Origin: Cenococcum geophilum
Taxonomy: Eukaryota
Direction of reading: 5' to 3'
Assembly: GCA_050273025.1 (NCBI GenBank)
Contig: CP158635.1
Location: forward strand, 24,180,001 to 24,244,000
Length of the DNA stretch: 64,000 bases
Shown here: piece after piece, positions 12,100 to 25,446 of the stretch
How positions within the stretch are numbered: the stretch's first letter is position 1
Layout of the letters: each line of letters starts with the position of its first letter
Program-made: the position numbers and the translations under genes
The notes under the pieces: model-generated
The model's database searches: none
The model's input: the letters and a program-made list of their open reading frames with translations, nothing else
Told to the model about the DNA's origin: nothing

Positions 12100-15000
12100 T
12101 AGGTCTTCTTCTAGCTACTAGGTTATATCCTTATAATATTTCCATTTAATCTTATAAGTTAAGCCTTAGGGGTCTTTATTATATATATTAAGGATTTTCT
12201 TAAACTCCTATTTGTCTTCTATATTACTATTATTATCTCTCTCTACTACTCGTTCTTATATATTACAGCGTTCTATAGTATTAATATTTACTTAACTAGG
12301 GATCTCTTTAGCAGCCTAGAGGCGGACCTTAGATATATAGAAGAATTTATTTACTTAGATATAGTCCAGGAGGTCTACTATAACTACCCCTTAGTATACT
12401 GTAAGTACGGGGTATAGGCCGTCCTATTTATCGTCCCATTTCTTTTTAGGTCTATTTATCTTTATATTTTCTAAGCTAATTATAACTATATCGCCTTCAT
12501 AGAATAACGCGCTTTTATCCCTATAGGTATTAGCATTATCTTTATAGCGTTACTATAAAATCTAGGCTAGGGCCTTAAGCTATATTAATATCCGCTTAAA
12601 GCGGTTAGCCATAGAGTCTACGCGGAAGAACTCCTTTTTTACTTATGCTAATAGTGTTAGTAGGCGGGGGCTAGCAGGCTCGATTCTAAGGAAAGGGTTA
12701 AAGCTATAGTTTGCAAAAAACGGGGAGATACCTATGCTCTTATTAACTTAGTTATTTATAGTAAACTTAGTAAGCAGTAGGTAGTTAACCTAGTTATTCT
12801 ATATAAAGCTAATAAAAGTATAAAGGTACTTATTTACAGTAGCGTTAATAATTTTAGTTTAGCCGTCTGTTTTTAGGTGCTAGGCTAAGCTTAGTCTTAA
12901 GGTTATTTTAAGGCGTTTACTTAGTCGTTACTAGAAGTCGTTAATAAATTATATGCCGTAATTGGAGATAATCGTGCTTAGTATACCATAGAGCTTATAT
13001 ATATTATTAATAAAGCCGTTAACTAGCTCCTATATTAAGAGTCCTATTACTAAAATAAGGTATTATATTTTAGTTAGGCGGTCTATAATAATAAGAATAT
13101 GTTTATATACCTTACCGTAGCGTTAGTATACCGGTAGTGTTATAATATAGTTAATTAAAATATCGGTTTATAGGCGAGCGGGTAGTTTTAATAGCTTTAG
13201 GAAACCGGGTAGGGTAAAATAGGGGGTCTTAGTACGAAAGTATAGGGTATAGTCTTTAACAAAGGTAGCTATAAATTAGGAGATTCCTAGCTACCAATAT
13301 ATTTAGTTTAAAAGGTTAAGGGTCTTAACCCAGCTAGGGTAATTAGCGGGGCCGCTACTATAAGAGCGATAGATAACTTGTAGGTAAAGGTCTAGGGCGT
13401 TAGGGACGAAGAGGCATTAGCGGAAGTAGATCTGTCCGTTAATAATATTATATTTTAACTTATTGCAACAGAGTAATTTCCTAATCTTCTTTAGTTAATA
13501 GCAAGCTTTCTAATTATATAGGGCCGCTACTATATCTCTTACGAGTTTATTCTCCTAGTATCCTAACTAAATTAACTTATTTAGTAACTTTTCGGCTATT
13601 TTAGGGTCTAGAGCGGCTATAAACTTTATATTATTAGAGTTATAGGACTTATATAGCAATTCTTCTAAGATTATAGGGTTAATTTTCTAGGGCGGTATAA
13701 TAACTTAGGCTTAGTAGCGGAGGCGTTTATTATTGGCGTCCTTAGGCCTTATTTCTAGTAGCCGGCTTAGGATATTAGGGAGTGTGGCTTTATTACTGGG
13801 TCTATATATAATTATAAAGTTAAACTATAAAAGGAACTCTGCCTACTAAACTTAGTATTAATTTAGCTACTTAGTAGTTATAAACGTCTATAGGTTTTTA
13901 TAGTCGGTAATAATTTTAAACGGCTCCTTAGTCCCTTATAGCTTAGGACGCTATTCCTCTAAAGCCTTAATAATAGCTAAGAGTTCTTTATTATAGATCT
14001 TATAGTTATACTCTAGCGCAGAGTGCTTTACGGAAAAGAATGCGACTGGTTTTAATTTACCATTATTATTATACTAGGAAAGGACTTCGCCAGAAGCCTA
14101 ATTTAATACGTCTGTTTCTGCTACTATCTTCTTTATATAGTTATAGTATGCTAGTACTAGTGCTAAGGTAAAGGCTCCCTTAAGGGCCTTAAACGATTTA
14201 GCTTATTTTAGTCCCTATAGCCATCTAATGTCCTTCTTTAGGAGTTTTGTTATAGGTATAGCGATAGCAGAGTAGCCTTAAATAAATTATTAGTAGAAGT
14301 TCGCGAAGCTAAGAAATTATTATAGTTCTTTAATTAATATTGGGTCCTTCTATTTCTATAAGGCCTATACCTTCTTAGGGTCTATAGTTATACCATTAGT
14401 TAAGATAATTAAGCTAAGGTATTTCGTTTTAGTAGAGTAGAACTTAGACTTATTAATATTAATCTAAAGTCTAGCATTACTAAGTCTTCGGATGATTTTA
14501 TTTATATACTTAGTATGCTCGGCATATATTTTAGAAAAGATAAGGACGTTATTAAGGTAGGCAGTGTAGTAGTTGTTAAGGGCGTTATATAAGATATAAT
14601 TAATATAGTTCTAAAACGTGGCGGGTGCGTTATAGAGGCTAAATAGTATAACTAGTATTTTATAGAGTCTAAACTAGGTAATAAATACTATAAGCTACTT
14701 ATGGCCCTCCGTAATCCGGATTTAGTTAAACGTAGCAATTATATTAAGTTTAGTAAAGTACTTAGCACTATAAAGTGCGTTAAGTGTCTTATGGATTAGT
14801 AGTAGTAAGTACCAATTCTTAATAGTAACTATGTTTAGGCCTTAGTAGTTATAGTAGATTTATATATCGCTACCGGGCTTAGCAGCGAGGAGGAGTAGTA
14901 CGGTAGCTAGTGAGGTCGATTTGCGGATAAAACCCTTATCTAGTATCTTATTAATCCACTTATTTATATACCTAAGTTTAGTAAGTAAGAGTGGTTTATT

Positions 15001-18000
15001 TTTATAGTACGGGGCCTAGTTTCTGGGGATAATCTTAATTTTATAGTCCCATAGTTAGTAAGGGGGCAGCTTATCTATATTTTTAGGGAGAAAGTACTTA
15101 ATATATTTACGGAACTCCTTTAGTAAGCGTTATAAAATATCTTTATAGGTTAATCCTAGTTTGCCTTTTAGGAATTTTTTAATATTAGTGTTAACTATCT
15201 TCTGGCGTAGAGACTTAGGCTTAGTTTTTAAGTTTGTTTTAAGGAAATTATAAAAATAAGGGGGTAGCGCTTTACGGGCTTCTTCTATTATATAGTCGCC
15301 CTCTACTAGCCAGCGGAAAGACTTTTCTAATAGGTTTAGTACTTCTATTAGGCCTATAGGCAGCTCTTTAAGCAGCTGTTAGTATTCTTCTTATTTAATT
15401 AGTTCTACTAGCTCCGCTATATAGATCCTTATTACCTTTACGCCTTTTTATTTACAGAACTGGGTGAAATTAACGGCATAAGTATATCTAATATTATTTA
15501 GTTTAGGGCGTGTTTAGTTCTTTAGTGCTATAGCTAGGCTAGCGCGGCTTAGTTGGCCCTAGGGGGCGAAAACATAGTAGCGGCTTTATATAGTATGCGT
15601 GGGAGATAGATATAAGGTTAGGCGTTATAGGGGGAGGTCTTAATTACTCTGGTTTTAGTCTTAGCTATAACGCCTTTAGCTATTATACGCGCGGTTATAT
15701 ATACGTATAGTAAATAACTTAGAGTTAGGTATCTTATTAGCTGGCCTAGGTTAAGCGGGTATATATAGGGGACTTATAGTTCTGGCGATGTTTATATTCT
15801 TAGGGGCGGGGCGGTGTTTCTTAGGGGTAGGGCGGTAGTCTAGTCTTCCAGAATCTCTATTTTATTTACTATATATATTAGCTTACTAGTATTAGGTACC
15901 TCTTTTACTATTAGCTAACGGTATCTAAGCGTTAGCTATATAATACGTCCGTATAGTGCTACTTGGTTATAATTAGGGATATACTATAGGAGATAGTTAT
16001 AGGTATAGTAATTAGAGTTAAACTTAAGCCCTAAAACGGGGAAGTTTATACTTAGGTTGTGCTTTTTAAGCTAGGGTATTTTAAGAATTACTAATATTAA
16101 GGGTGATAACTTTATAATGTAGAAAAGTATAAATTCTATATAATGGCTAATTGTTATTTTTACTATAAAGTAATAGGTAATAAAGCTGGATTAGAGTCCG
16201 TTGGTAAGGCGGAGTAGTTTTAGGACTAGGAGTCTTTTTATTATAATATTATGCTTCTTTATAAGTAAGTCTTCGTCTATAAACGCTAGTGCTATACTAC
16301 TACTATTAATAAGGCTTACTGTTTTAATAAGAACTTCTAGGAGTAGGTTATATAGTAAGGAGAGGTAAGTCTAAATAAGGATGGAATTTCTATTATTATT
16401 TACTGTTCTAAGATTAAATAGCAGCTGGTTTAGAATAAGGTTTAACTAATCTAGTAGTATAAATCTAATTCTTTTATCCTTCTCCCCGTATAGTTTTAAC
16501 CCTTAAAGGCGACTTAGTTTAAGGGTTAGCCTTTTAATAGCTGCGTTGTAGGGCTTGGCTGGTAGTTATAGTCTTAGCTAGTATATCCTAACGTGTTGGT
16601 TTCTAATGGTGTATATATACTAGGGGGTACTTCGCTAATAATATAGCCGGTCTTACAGTTAGTAGTAATATAGAGTACTTATCCATAGTTCGTGTACGGG
16701 ACTATTGGCTAGGGCTGCGTTAGGGAAGGGAATTATAGGGGTGGGTTTCTGTATCCGAACCTACGTCCTTATCCGTAGTTACCGCTTTAATTACTATCCC
16801 CTCTATTAAAGAATCCGCCGTAGCTAGGGGGGGGGGGGGTTAGCGCGGTAGTATTAGAAGGGGATTTAGGTTTTGCTAGGGGTTATAAGTATCTTTCTAG
16901 TAGCTAGGTTAACTACACGCTATATAGAGTCTATTATTTATATAATATCTTTAGACGTTATTAAGGAGGCTATTACTACCGCTGCCGAACTTAACGACGT
17001 CTAGGTTAATTGGGTTATTATATAGTAATATAGGTCGATAGCTACTAGCGGCACTTAGCTTAGCGGTATTTAACTTAGTATAGTAGGTATAGTTTTATAG
17101 GTTATAAGCGAATATATCTATCTACTTACTTTAGCCTTTATAGTTAATATCGCCAATCTTATAGCTAAGGGTAAGGGCTAGGTCCTTTATCTTAGAGGAA
17201 ATATTCTTTTTAAGTAAATCCACTTTTTGTTCCTTGGTCTTATTTGCTTTAATTATTAACTTATTAAGCTCTGCTTTCTAGGACTAGTAGTTACACTTAC
17301 CTTAGCTTAAGGTATCTAACTTATTTTTAGCCGCTTAGGTTATATCTATAGTCTTATAGTGTCCTCTTATATATATAAACATAGACTCTCAGTTAGAAAA
17401 GGTCTATTTACTTAGGTTATTTAGGTATATACATAGCATATTAAGGCCATATTTAATATAGTTATAAGCCTTATCCGTTAGCATGTCTAACATATAGAGG
17501 ATTTTATCTATTAGGGTCTTAAAGCACTTTATATCCCTCTAAAAAACGCCTTAGATTTTTATTTCCCATATTTTAAAAATTTCTTACTTTTTAATTAGTG
17601 ATCCCTTACTATTAAACGGGGTTAAATCTTTTGCTTTACGCTTTTTTCTATAGGGCTTAGTTAAAAGAGGGGAGCTAGTAATAGGGTTCTTATTAGTAAT
17701 AGTCTTAGTAAGTATAATAATCTAGAAGCTTAAGTTTTATATAGTCTCGGTGTATATAAGGGCTTACTATTTATATTGTTTAATATATAGTTTAAGTATC
17801 TTAAGGGAGTTAATTCTGTATTAAGCTTTTTTAAATTAGGACTTTATAGCTTAGCCTTTACTATAAACGGCTTAAAGGCCGTTCTTAATACTAGTTAAGA
17901 AATCTGTATATATAGAGAGTTGCTAAAAGGTTCCTGCTATATTAAGGTCCTTTAGGTATTTAGGACCGTTCCTAATTGCCTAGGCGATATTAGTATAGGA

Positions 18001-18072
18001 GGTATTAAGGAGGCGGGCGAGCGCTTCGCGAGGGTTCGTCAGCGGGACGTTGTCTATATTATAGTCGCCCAT
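12100..18072 (-). pseudogene. pol: RIP-degraded gag-pol of Gypsy B
   Basis: ATG at 18072, RT TAYLNNVLI (from YLDD) at ~14545-14570, RNase [13 protein letters not shown] at ~13975-14010, integrase at ~12700-13200, chromodomain at ~12300-12480. Boundaries approximate. Confidence 0.85.
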
Positions 18073-18480
18073 TCTAGAAGATCTAGGTAAGGTAATTGGA
18101 ATTTTATAAAGCTAACTGTAATATTAAGATTGCTAAGACTATACTAAGGCTATGCTAAGACTGTGCTGAGATTGTCTGGGACTGTGGTATGGTGTTGTTG
18201 GTCGCGCTAGGTTGCGATTATACTAGGAAAACGGAGATAGTAGACTGGGAAAAATAAAGATCGCGATAGGGTGCAATTAGAGATACTATAAACTATTACA
18301 GTGTTGCAATAAAGTAGACTAAATAACTACGTTATAGTATAAAGAGGAGAAGAAGGTGGAAATGGGGTATTATATATAAATAGTAGGGCCAGCAGCTAAG
18401 GTACTAGTGGTGGACTAGCTAATAGTAGGAAACAGTACGAGACAGTATGAAACAGTATGCGTCAGGTCAGTGCCGTGACA

Positions 18481-21400
18481 ATTTCTTACTTAGTCGTCAG
18501 CTCTTGAAATTTTTATATAGTAGCCATACTTTGCTCCCCTCCTTAAGATCTAGTCCCTTAGATCTCTTAGCATTATAGTACTTTTTTATTCTTTTTTATA
18601 CATTTTTTACTAATTCTATAAGGTCTATATAAAGATTTATTAACGTCTTTATCCTTTCTTTAGCTATGCTACTCGTTTTCTTCGCTTATTATAATAATAA
18701 CAATATTTTTAGCTTATATCCGTAATTTACCTTAAATGGTAATATACCTATTCCTTCTTATAGCGTTATATTATATATAAACTATATAATTAATATAATG
18801 CCTTAGATACTATTCTAGCATCTAATTTAATCTTTCTATTTAACCGTCCATCTGCGGATAATATGCGGTAGAAGTTACTGCTCTAACTCCTTATTCCGCT
18901 AAGAATACCTCCTAAAATGCTGCTATAAATCTTAAATATCTATTTAATATAATTTTACTTAGTACTCTATATCTTATAAATACTTCTTTAATATAGATTC
19001 TAGTAATATCTTCTACTAAAATTTCTTCTACGCATGCTCTAAAGTAGCCCTATTTAGTTAACTTGTCTACTATTACTAAGATTATATTATATTCTTATCC
19101 GGTAATAGGATCTCTTAACTTTAGTAATTTAACGATAAAGTCCTATAATATAACCTCCTATAGTCTCTCTAGTATTTTAATAGGTTATAGCCCTCTATAT
19201 AGCTTATACCTTATTAGTTTATTCCTTTAGCAATTTAAACACTCTTTTATTACTTTTCTAGCTTTACCCTAGATTTTATTAATAATATATTCTTCCTAAA
19301 GTCTTAACACTAAGCCTATTGCTCCATTATATCCTTAAGTTATTCCCTTATAAAAATCTTCCATAAAATGCTCTGCTATACTCTTTAGGATATACTTTAT
19401 TTCTTAATTCTCGTATATATCCATCTATAGATCTTCTAGTTATATTTCTAGAATTCTTTACGCCTAAAAGCTCTTTAGTATCTTATAGACTCTTTCTAGT
19501 TTATTATTTTCTTAAGTTACTACTAGCTTAGGGTAATTATATCTAATTAATCTATCCTTATTTTTGCGTAATATTACTTTTAATAGTTTTTTTATTATTC
19601 TATAATTTAGCTTTTCTACTAAGTATATTTACTCTTACATTCTTAGTTCCTTTAGTATACTAAATTTTAAAATAGTACTCTATAAGCATCTCTACCTATC
19701 CTTTTAGGTAATGCTATTTAACTATCTATAGTTAATATATAGCCTAAGTTTTCCGTTCTTCTTTAGTATAAATAATACTGGATATTTTACTAATAACTAT
19801 AATAGTCTAATATATTCCTTTTATAAGTTCTCTTAGATAAACTCTTTAAGTACTTTAAACTCCTCTTAAGTAAGCTTATAGGTTAAAAAAATCTTATAGT
19901 CCTATATTATATAGTCTACTAGCTTTTTACTTTCTAGGCTCTATAGTTTCTTACCATACTTATAGTATCTCTTTAGTATATAACTTAAACCTTACTTAAT
20001 CTCTTTATATATCGCTCTAACTTAGTACTATACTAACTTAGTTTACTATTATATCTTATATTATTAAGTATCCCTAATATTAACCTAACCTATAATCTAA
20101 TTAATCTTTAGATTATATTCCTATAACTAAGGTATACCTAATACTGCCTCATCCCGCCCTAATAGTAGGATATTAAAAGATATCTTAATTTATCTTCCTT
20201 TAATAGTTATCTAAATAGGTCCTATTTTAAGGTTAATAATACTTCCTCTATAGGCTATCAGATCTCCTAAAATTATAACTAATAGGTAAGGTTATTCCTT
20301 CTATCTATAAGGTAATCCTATTCTTTTTACTACTACTAGTAAGATATGGTTTCTCATTACTCTACTATCTATTAGTACTTTAAACTGCTAATCTTACTAA
20401 TTAACTTATAAATTTAGGTATTGTCCTTAAATTCCTTTAAGGGTCTAAGGCTCTATTACTAGCTCTTTCTAGTTTTATAGGCCTCTACTTTTCCTAACTA
20501 TTAACTGTTTAATTCTAATATACTTAGCTCGCTCTTTAGCCAATACCTAGTTCGCTTTTTATCCTCTATATACTATAGACACGTATTCTCTAGGTATTCC
20601 TACTACTATTATCTATTTAAGCATTCTTCCGTAAGGAATTTTCCTAATTAAAGTATTAAATCTCCTAACTCCTAAACTTCTACTAGATGCCATCTATGCG
20701 TATACTTAGTATTTTTATACTATTGCTTATCTAGCGCCTAATATATCCTTATAGGGTACTTCCGATTTTTCTCTTTTAGATTTTTATATATTTTGTATTT
20801 ATTATCTATATATATAATCCATACTAATATGTAATACGCTAGGTGCTTTAGGTTAACTCTTAACTCGTCCTTATCTTTAAGTTTAAACCTCTACTATGCT
20901 AATCTAAACGTTGCGACTTTATTCGTAGGTATTAAGATACGCCTTTCGCTTCTCTAGTCCTCTAATCGTTCCTTTAAATCCTTTAATATTATAATTAAGG
21001 CTCCCTTAATATAAGTTATAGCCTTTTCTATAATAGGGTGGTCCTAGATAACTCGTTTATCTAACTATATATAAAAATCTTCCTACTTATTATTATATCG
21101 CTGCCTATACTACTTTTAGTACAGCTATATAAGTGTATATAGCTTATCTATAAGGAAGTATCTTCTTATTACTACATTATAATAGCCTTTAGTATGTTAT
21201 TCTTTAAACCTAATAGGGATCCCTAGATCCTCTTTATCTTCTAGTTTAATAAGCTACTTAGCTCTTAGCGTACTTACCCTAGGCCTATTAGTAATTCTTT
21301 ATATAGGTGCTTTATCCCTTATACGACCTAGTATACTAGTCTATTAATCTAGGTTTTATTCTTACTATATAAGGATTCTCTATCTAAATTCCTCTATATT

Positions 21401-22428
21401 TTCTTTTGGTTTATTTCTTATAAGTAGATCTTTAAAATCTTAGTTTATTTAATAGTCCTTATTTATATTCAGAAATCTTAGTCCTATAGGATTCTTAATC
21501 CTAAGCTTACTTCTATCTTAAGCTTTACTCCAGCCTTAGTCTAACTAGGCTTCTTTAATGTTCTTATCTCGTCTTAAGAGTCTTATGCCTTTAGGAGACT
21601 TCATCCTAAGCTTATTTATATATTACTAAACTAAGCTATTACTCTGCTCTATCGGTTATTATCTATTATAGGTCCTTAAGCTTATCTTATCCCATCTTAG
21701 GAATTTTAAGCGTCTTATATCTCTTCTTAAGAATCTTAAGCCTTTAGCCTTTTACCTTTATTAAGTGCTAAAGTAGTTTACTATTCTACTTCTCTTGCGT
21801 TTTATAAAGTAATAGATATTATATCTAGTGGGGTCTTAATCCCTACTAATATTCCCTATTCTATAGTGGAATTATCCTCTACCTCTTATATAATATTTCT
21901 AAGGTCTACATACTCCTAGTAAGCTGCTTTTATTGCCTTATTATTATAGAATGTTTCGCCTATATTAAACTTATTATCCTTAATATCCAATCTATAGACT
22001 AGTTTATTAGTTCCTTTAAACTTTAATAATTTTAGCTTCTATAGCCAATAGCTTACGCCGTACTTAGCGTCCTTATAAATTCGGTATACGTTATTATAAT
22101 AAAACGCGAAACTTTAGATTAAACATTCTTTTATTCCTTATAGTATACTATTATTTCTCTATACGTATATATCTTCTACTAGTCTTATTCCTTTTACTAT
22201 ATAGTAACTCTAACCACTTCTATAGTCTTTAATGTAATAACCCTATTTTCCGCAATTTATATAAGCTCCTTCTTTAAACCATTTTTCTTACTATAGAGTT
22301 CGCCTAAACGTCTTCTGCTGCTAAGATCCCTAGTTTAGCCTCTACTCTTTAGACCTTTAATTACTTAATCCTTATCTTCTAGGTTTCTATAGTCGTTTAT
22401 TCTATTTTTAGTTTTCCTTAATACTACT
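18481..22428 (-). pseudogene. pol: central gag-pol segment of Gypsy A (CCHC, long spacer, PR, RT start, deletion, RNase H end, IN)
   Basis: Zinc knuckle at ~22220-22270, protease at ~20360-20390, RT start at ~19700-19860 fused to the RNase H end, integrase at ~18500-19300. Confidence 0.8.
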
Positions 22429-22853
22429 TATAACAGAACCTTGTAGTAAGAACTACAATGGGTCCTGTTATTGGGCTAGGTGTATAGGAAATACAAGTAC
22501 AAAAGTCAATAAGTAATAATAACTGGTGGAGTAGTTACCTAACAGATTAACTCTAATTGTATTCTGAGAATCACTATAAGGAAGGAACTATCTAGGTAGG
22601 GACTAAGGGTCCTTAAATACACAACCGTACTCCTATAAAATCCTTCTTATACGTAATATACGTCTTATACATAAGGTACGTAAGTTCCTCTTATTCCTTT
22701 TGTTTAATACGTAGTATATTATATAACCTCGGTTACCATTCCTCGTCATATAGTTCTATCGGCTCTATCCTAGACCGTGCCTGAATTAACTAACTAGCTT
22801 CTTCCGTCTCTTCTCTAAGTAGTCGTAACATCGTACTTAAAGCGTCTATAACA
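22429..22853 (-). mobile_element. solo Gypsy LTR (variant 1) inserted in the gag of A
   Basis: TSD CTACT (22424-22428, 22854-22858); homologous to 683-1103. Confidence 0.9.
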
Positions 22854-25446
22854 CTACTTAGGTCTATTAGCTCTGCGCTATACTATAGTTTCTAACTTTA
22901 GCTTTATTAATACGTACTTTACGCCTTATATAACTATAGAACTCTATCCTAACCCTTCTTAGTCTACTCTCTTTAGTAGATCCTATTATTAATCTTAATT
23001 ACTTAATTAATTAAATCCCTAAAAGTATCCGCATTTTCTATTAAGATAATTATATTCTAAACTTTTACTTTAAGTCCTTACTTATACTATACCTGTTAGG
23101 AATATAGGCAAGTTACTATTACGCAAGGTAAGTTGCCGTCACGTAAGGCAAGTTGCCGTTACGTGTCGCCGCGGCACTAGCGTGGCGAGGAGCCCTAAGC
23201 TCCTCGCCCTTCCTAAAGCAAGAAAAATATATACAATAACAATTACCATACTATCTACAAACTGTAGCTACGTGATATTACCTTATGTAACCAACACTAA
23301 TTAGTAGTTAACTTTACTATTATATTATAGAACAGCTAGGTATTCCACTAAAAAGAGATAAGCTACTATACCAGTACTACTCGTGCTAAAGAAAGCTATC
23401 TTTTAAGGTTAGAACTAGTCCTAAACCTTAAATAAAACTCTTCTATAAATCTAAGGATCTAAAGGCCAGAACTAGTCCTAAGCCTTTCTAAGATTATAGA
23501 TTTTTACGTCTATTACGCAGAACAATACGCTTTATAAGTCTTTGCGATTTAAGGCTAGAACTAGTTCTAAGCCCTATAATCGCAAATATACGTCATAAAC
23601 GCGTACTAAATAACAATCCCTATACTAATAACACTTCCCTTCCTCTAAAAACATGGCTACGCCTACCTTAAACAACTAGGAAGACTTCTTACCACTAAGG
23701 GTAGCTTTATACGCGAAACTTATTAATAAAAATTAGGACAAATTTACCTTTAATATAATAACTTATACCACAAAATAAGTTAATAGCTTTCTCCTATACA
23801 GTATTATATTCTACCAAAGTAGATACTATACTAATTTATAGCTATAGAAATATTTTAGAGAGGATTTTACAGGATGGACCGCTAACACCTAAGTACTTAG
23901 CAATATTAATATTATTTAGAAATTTTAAGACTTCCTTTATAGAAATAGGGTATATATTACTAAGAACAGTAACCTAATTACTAGTAATATTTAGGTCGTT
24001 ATTATTAGTATAAAAGAACTAGTATAAACGGAAGCTAAGATTATATATTAACTACGGAAACCTAAAACTAACCCATATTCTTTAAAAGGTAACTTTAATT
24101 TAGAATAAAACCCCTAGAATACTACCCTTCTACCTAGAGGTACTCTCTTACCTAAAGGTGCTCTCCCACCTAAAGGTACTCTCCCTCCACCTCCGCTACC
24201 TCTAGCTCCTCTACTTTAGCTAACTAGTAAGCCTTTACTATAAGAAGTTATAAATTTAATAAAGGTATATTTAGACAAGGAGAAGAAGTTTAAAGGAGAA
24301 TTATATAATATACTTGGAATAAAACTATAGGTCTTTTATAACTGCTGCAGCAAGGTTAAAATCTAATACTACTAGTTTTATTATACTTTCTTAGTTATAT
24401 TAAAGGAACGGGCGGTAATATTTTATTACAACTATATTACAGGTAGAAACTATAGCTTTAATATAATACTTTAGCTTACTAAAGCCCACTTTAAGACTAA
24501 TAAGAATTGCTAACTTTATATATCTAAATAGCGGGAGACTATATTTTAAAAAGTTATCGCTTCTAACTTAATAAAGACTTATTTAGAGTGCCTTTAACTA
24601 TTCTTTAATAAACTTTAGAAAATCTAACGTAGCCTTACTAAAACTTACTAAAATGAGAATAGCCTAAGGGACTAGGTTATCTTAGCATGCCGTAGCATTC
24701 TTAAGTATAACTTAGCGCTATATAAACCTACGGATATGTTTAAAGGAGTATATACTAAGCTACGCTCCGCTATAGGTACTGTAATATAAATATAAGAATC
24801 TTAACGGTTCTATACTAAAAACTTTACCTATTGGGAATAAAGGCATATAAGGCATATTGCCGTTACGTATAGCAAGTTGCCGTTACGTGCAGCAAGTTAC
24901 CGTCACGTGCCGCCGCGGCACTAGCGTGGTGAGGAACCTTAAGTTCCTCACCCCTTTCTTTAACAATAATATTAAAATAAAAGAACAATTATCATACTAT
25001 CTACGAACCGTAGCTACGTGATATCCCCTTGTGTAACCAACACTAATTAGTGGTTAACTTTACTGTTATATTATAGAACAGCAAGGTATTCCACTAAGAA
25101 GAGACGAGCTACTATACCAGTGCTACTCGTGCTAGAGGAAGCTGTCTTTTAAGGTTAGAACTGGTCCTAAACCTTAAATAGAACTCTTCCATAAATCTAA
25201 GGATCTAAAGGCTAGAACTAGTCCTAAGCCTTTCTAAGATTACGGATTCTTATGTCCATTACGCAGAACAATACGCTTTACAAGTCTTCGCGATTTAAGG
25301 CCAGAACTGGTCTTAAGCCCTATAATCGCAAATATACGTCTAAACGCGTACTAAACGATAAACGCGTACTAAACGACAAATACACATCACGAATGCGTAC
25401 CAAACGACAATCCCTACGCCAATAACACTTCCCTCCCTCCAAAAAT

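Larger units (their letters stand above)
5545..18480 (-). mobile_element. Gypsy chromovirus B inserted in the integrase C-terminus of A
   Basis: TSD ATTTC (5540-5544, 18481-18485). 187-bp LTRs: 18294-18480 and a split copy at 5545-5701 plus 11645-11674. PPT GGGGAGAGGAGTGC on minus next to 11675. Confidence 0.92.
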
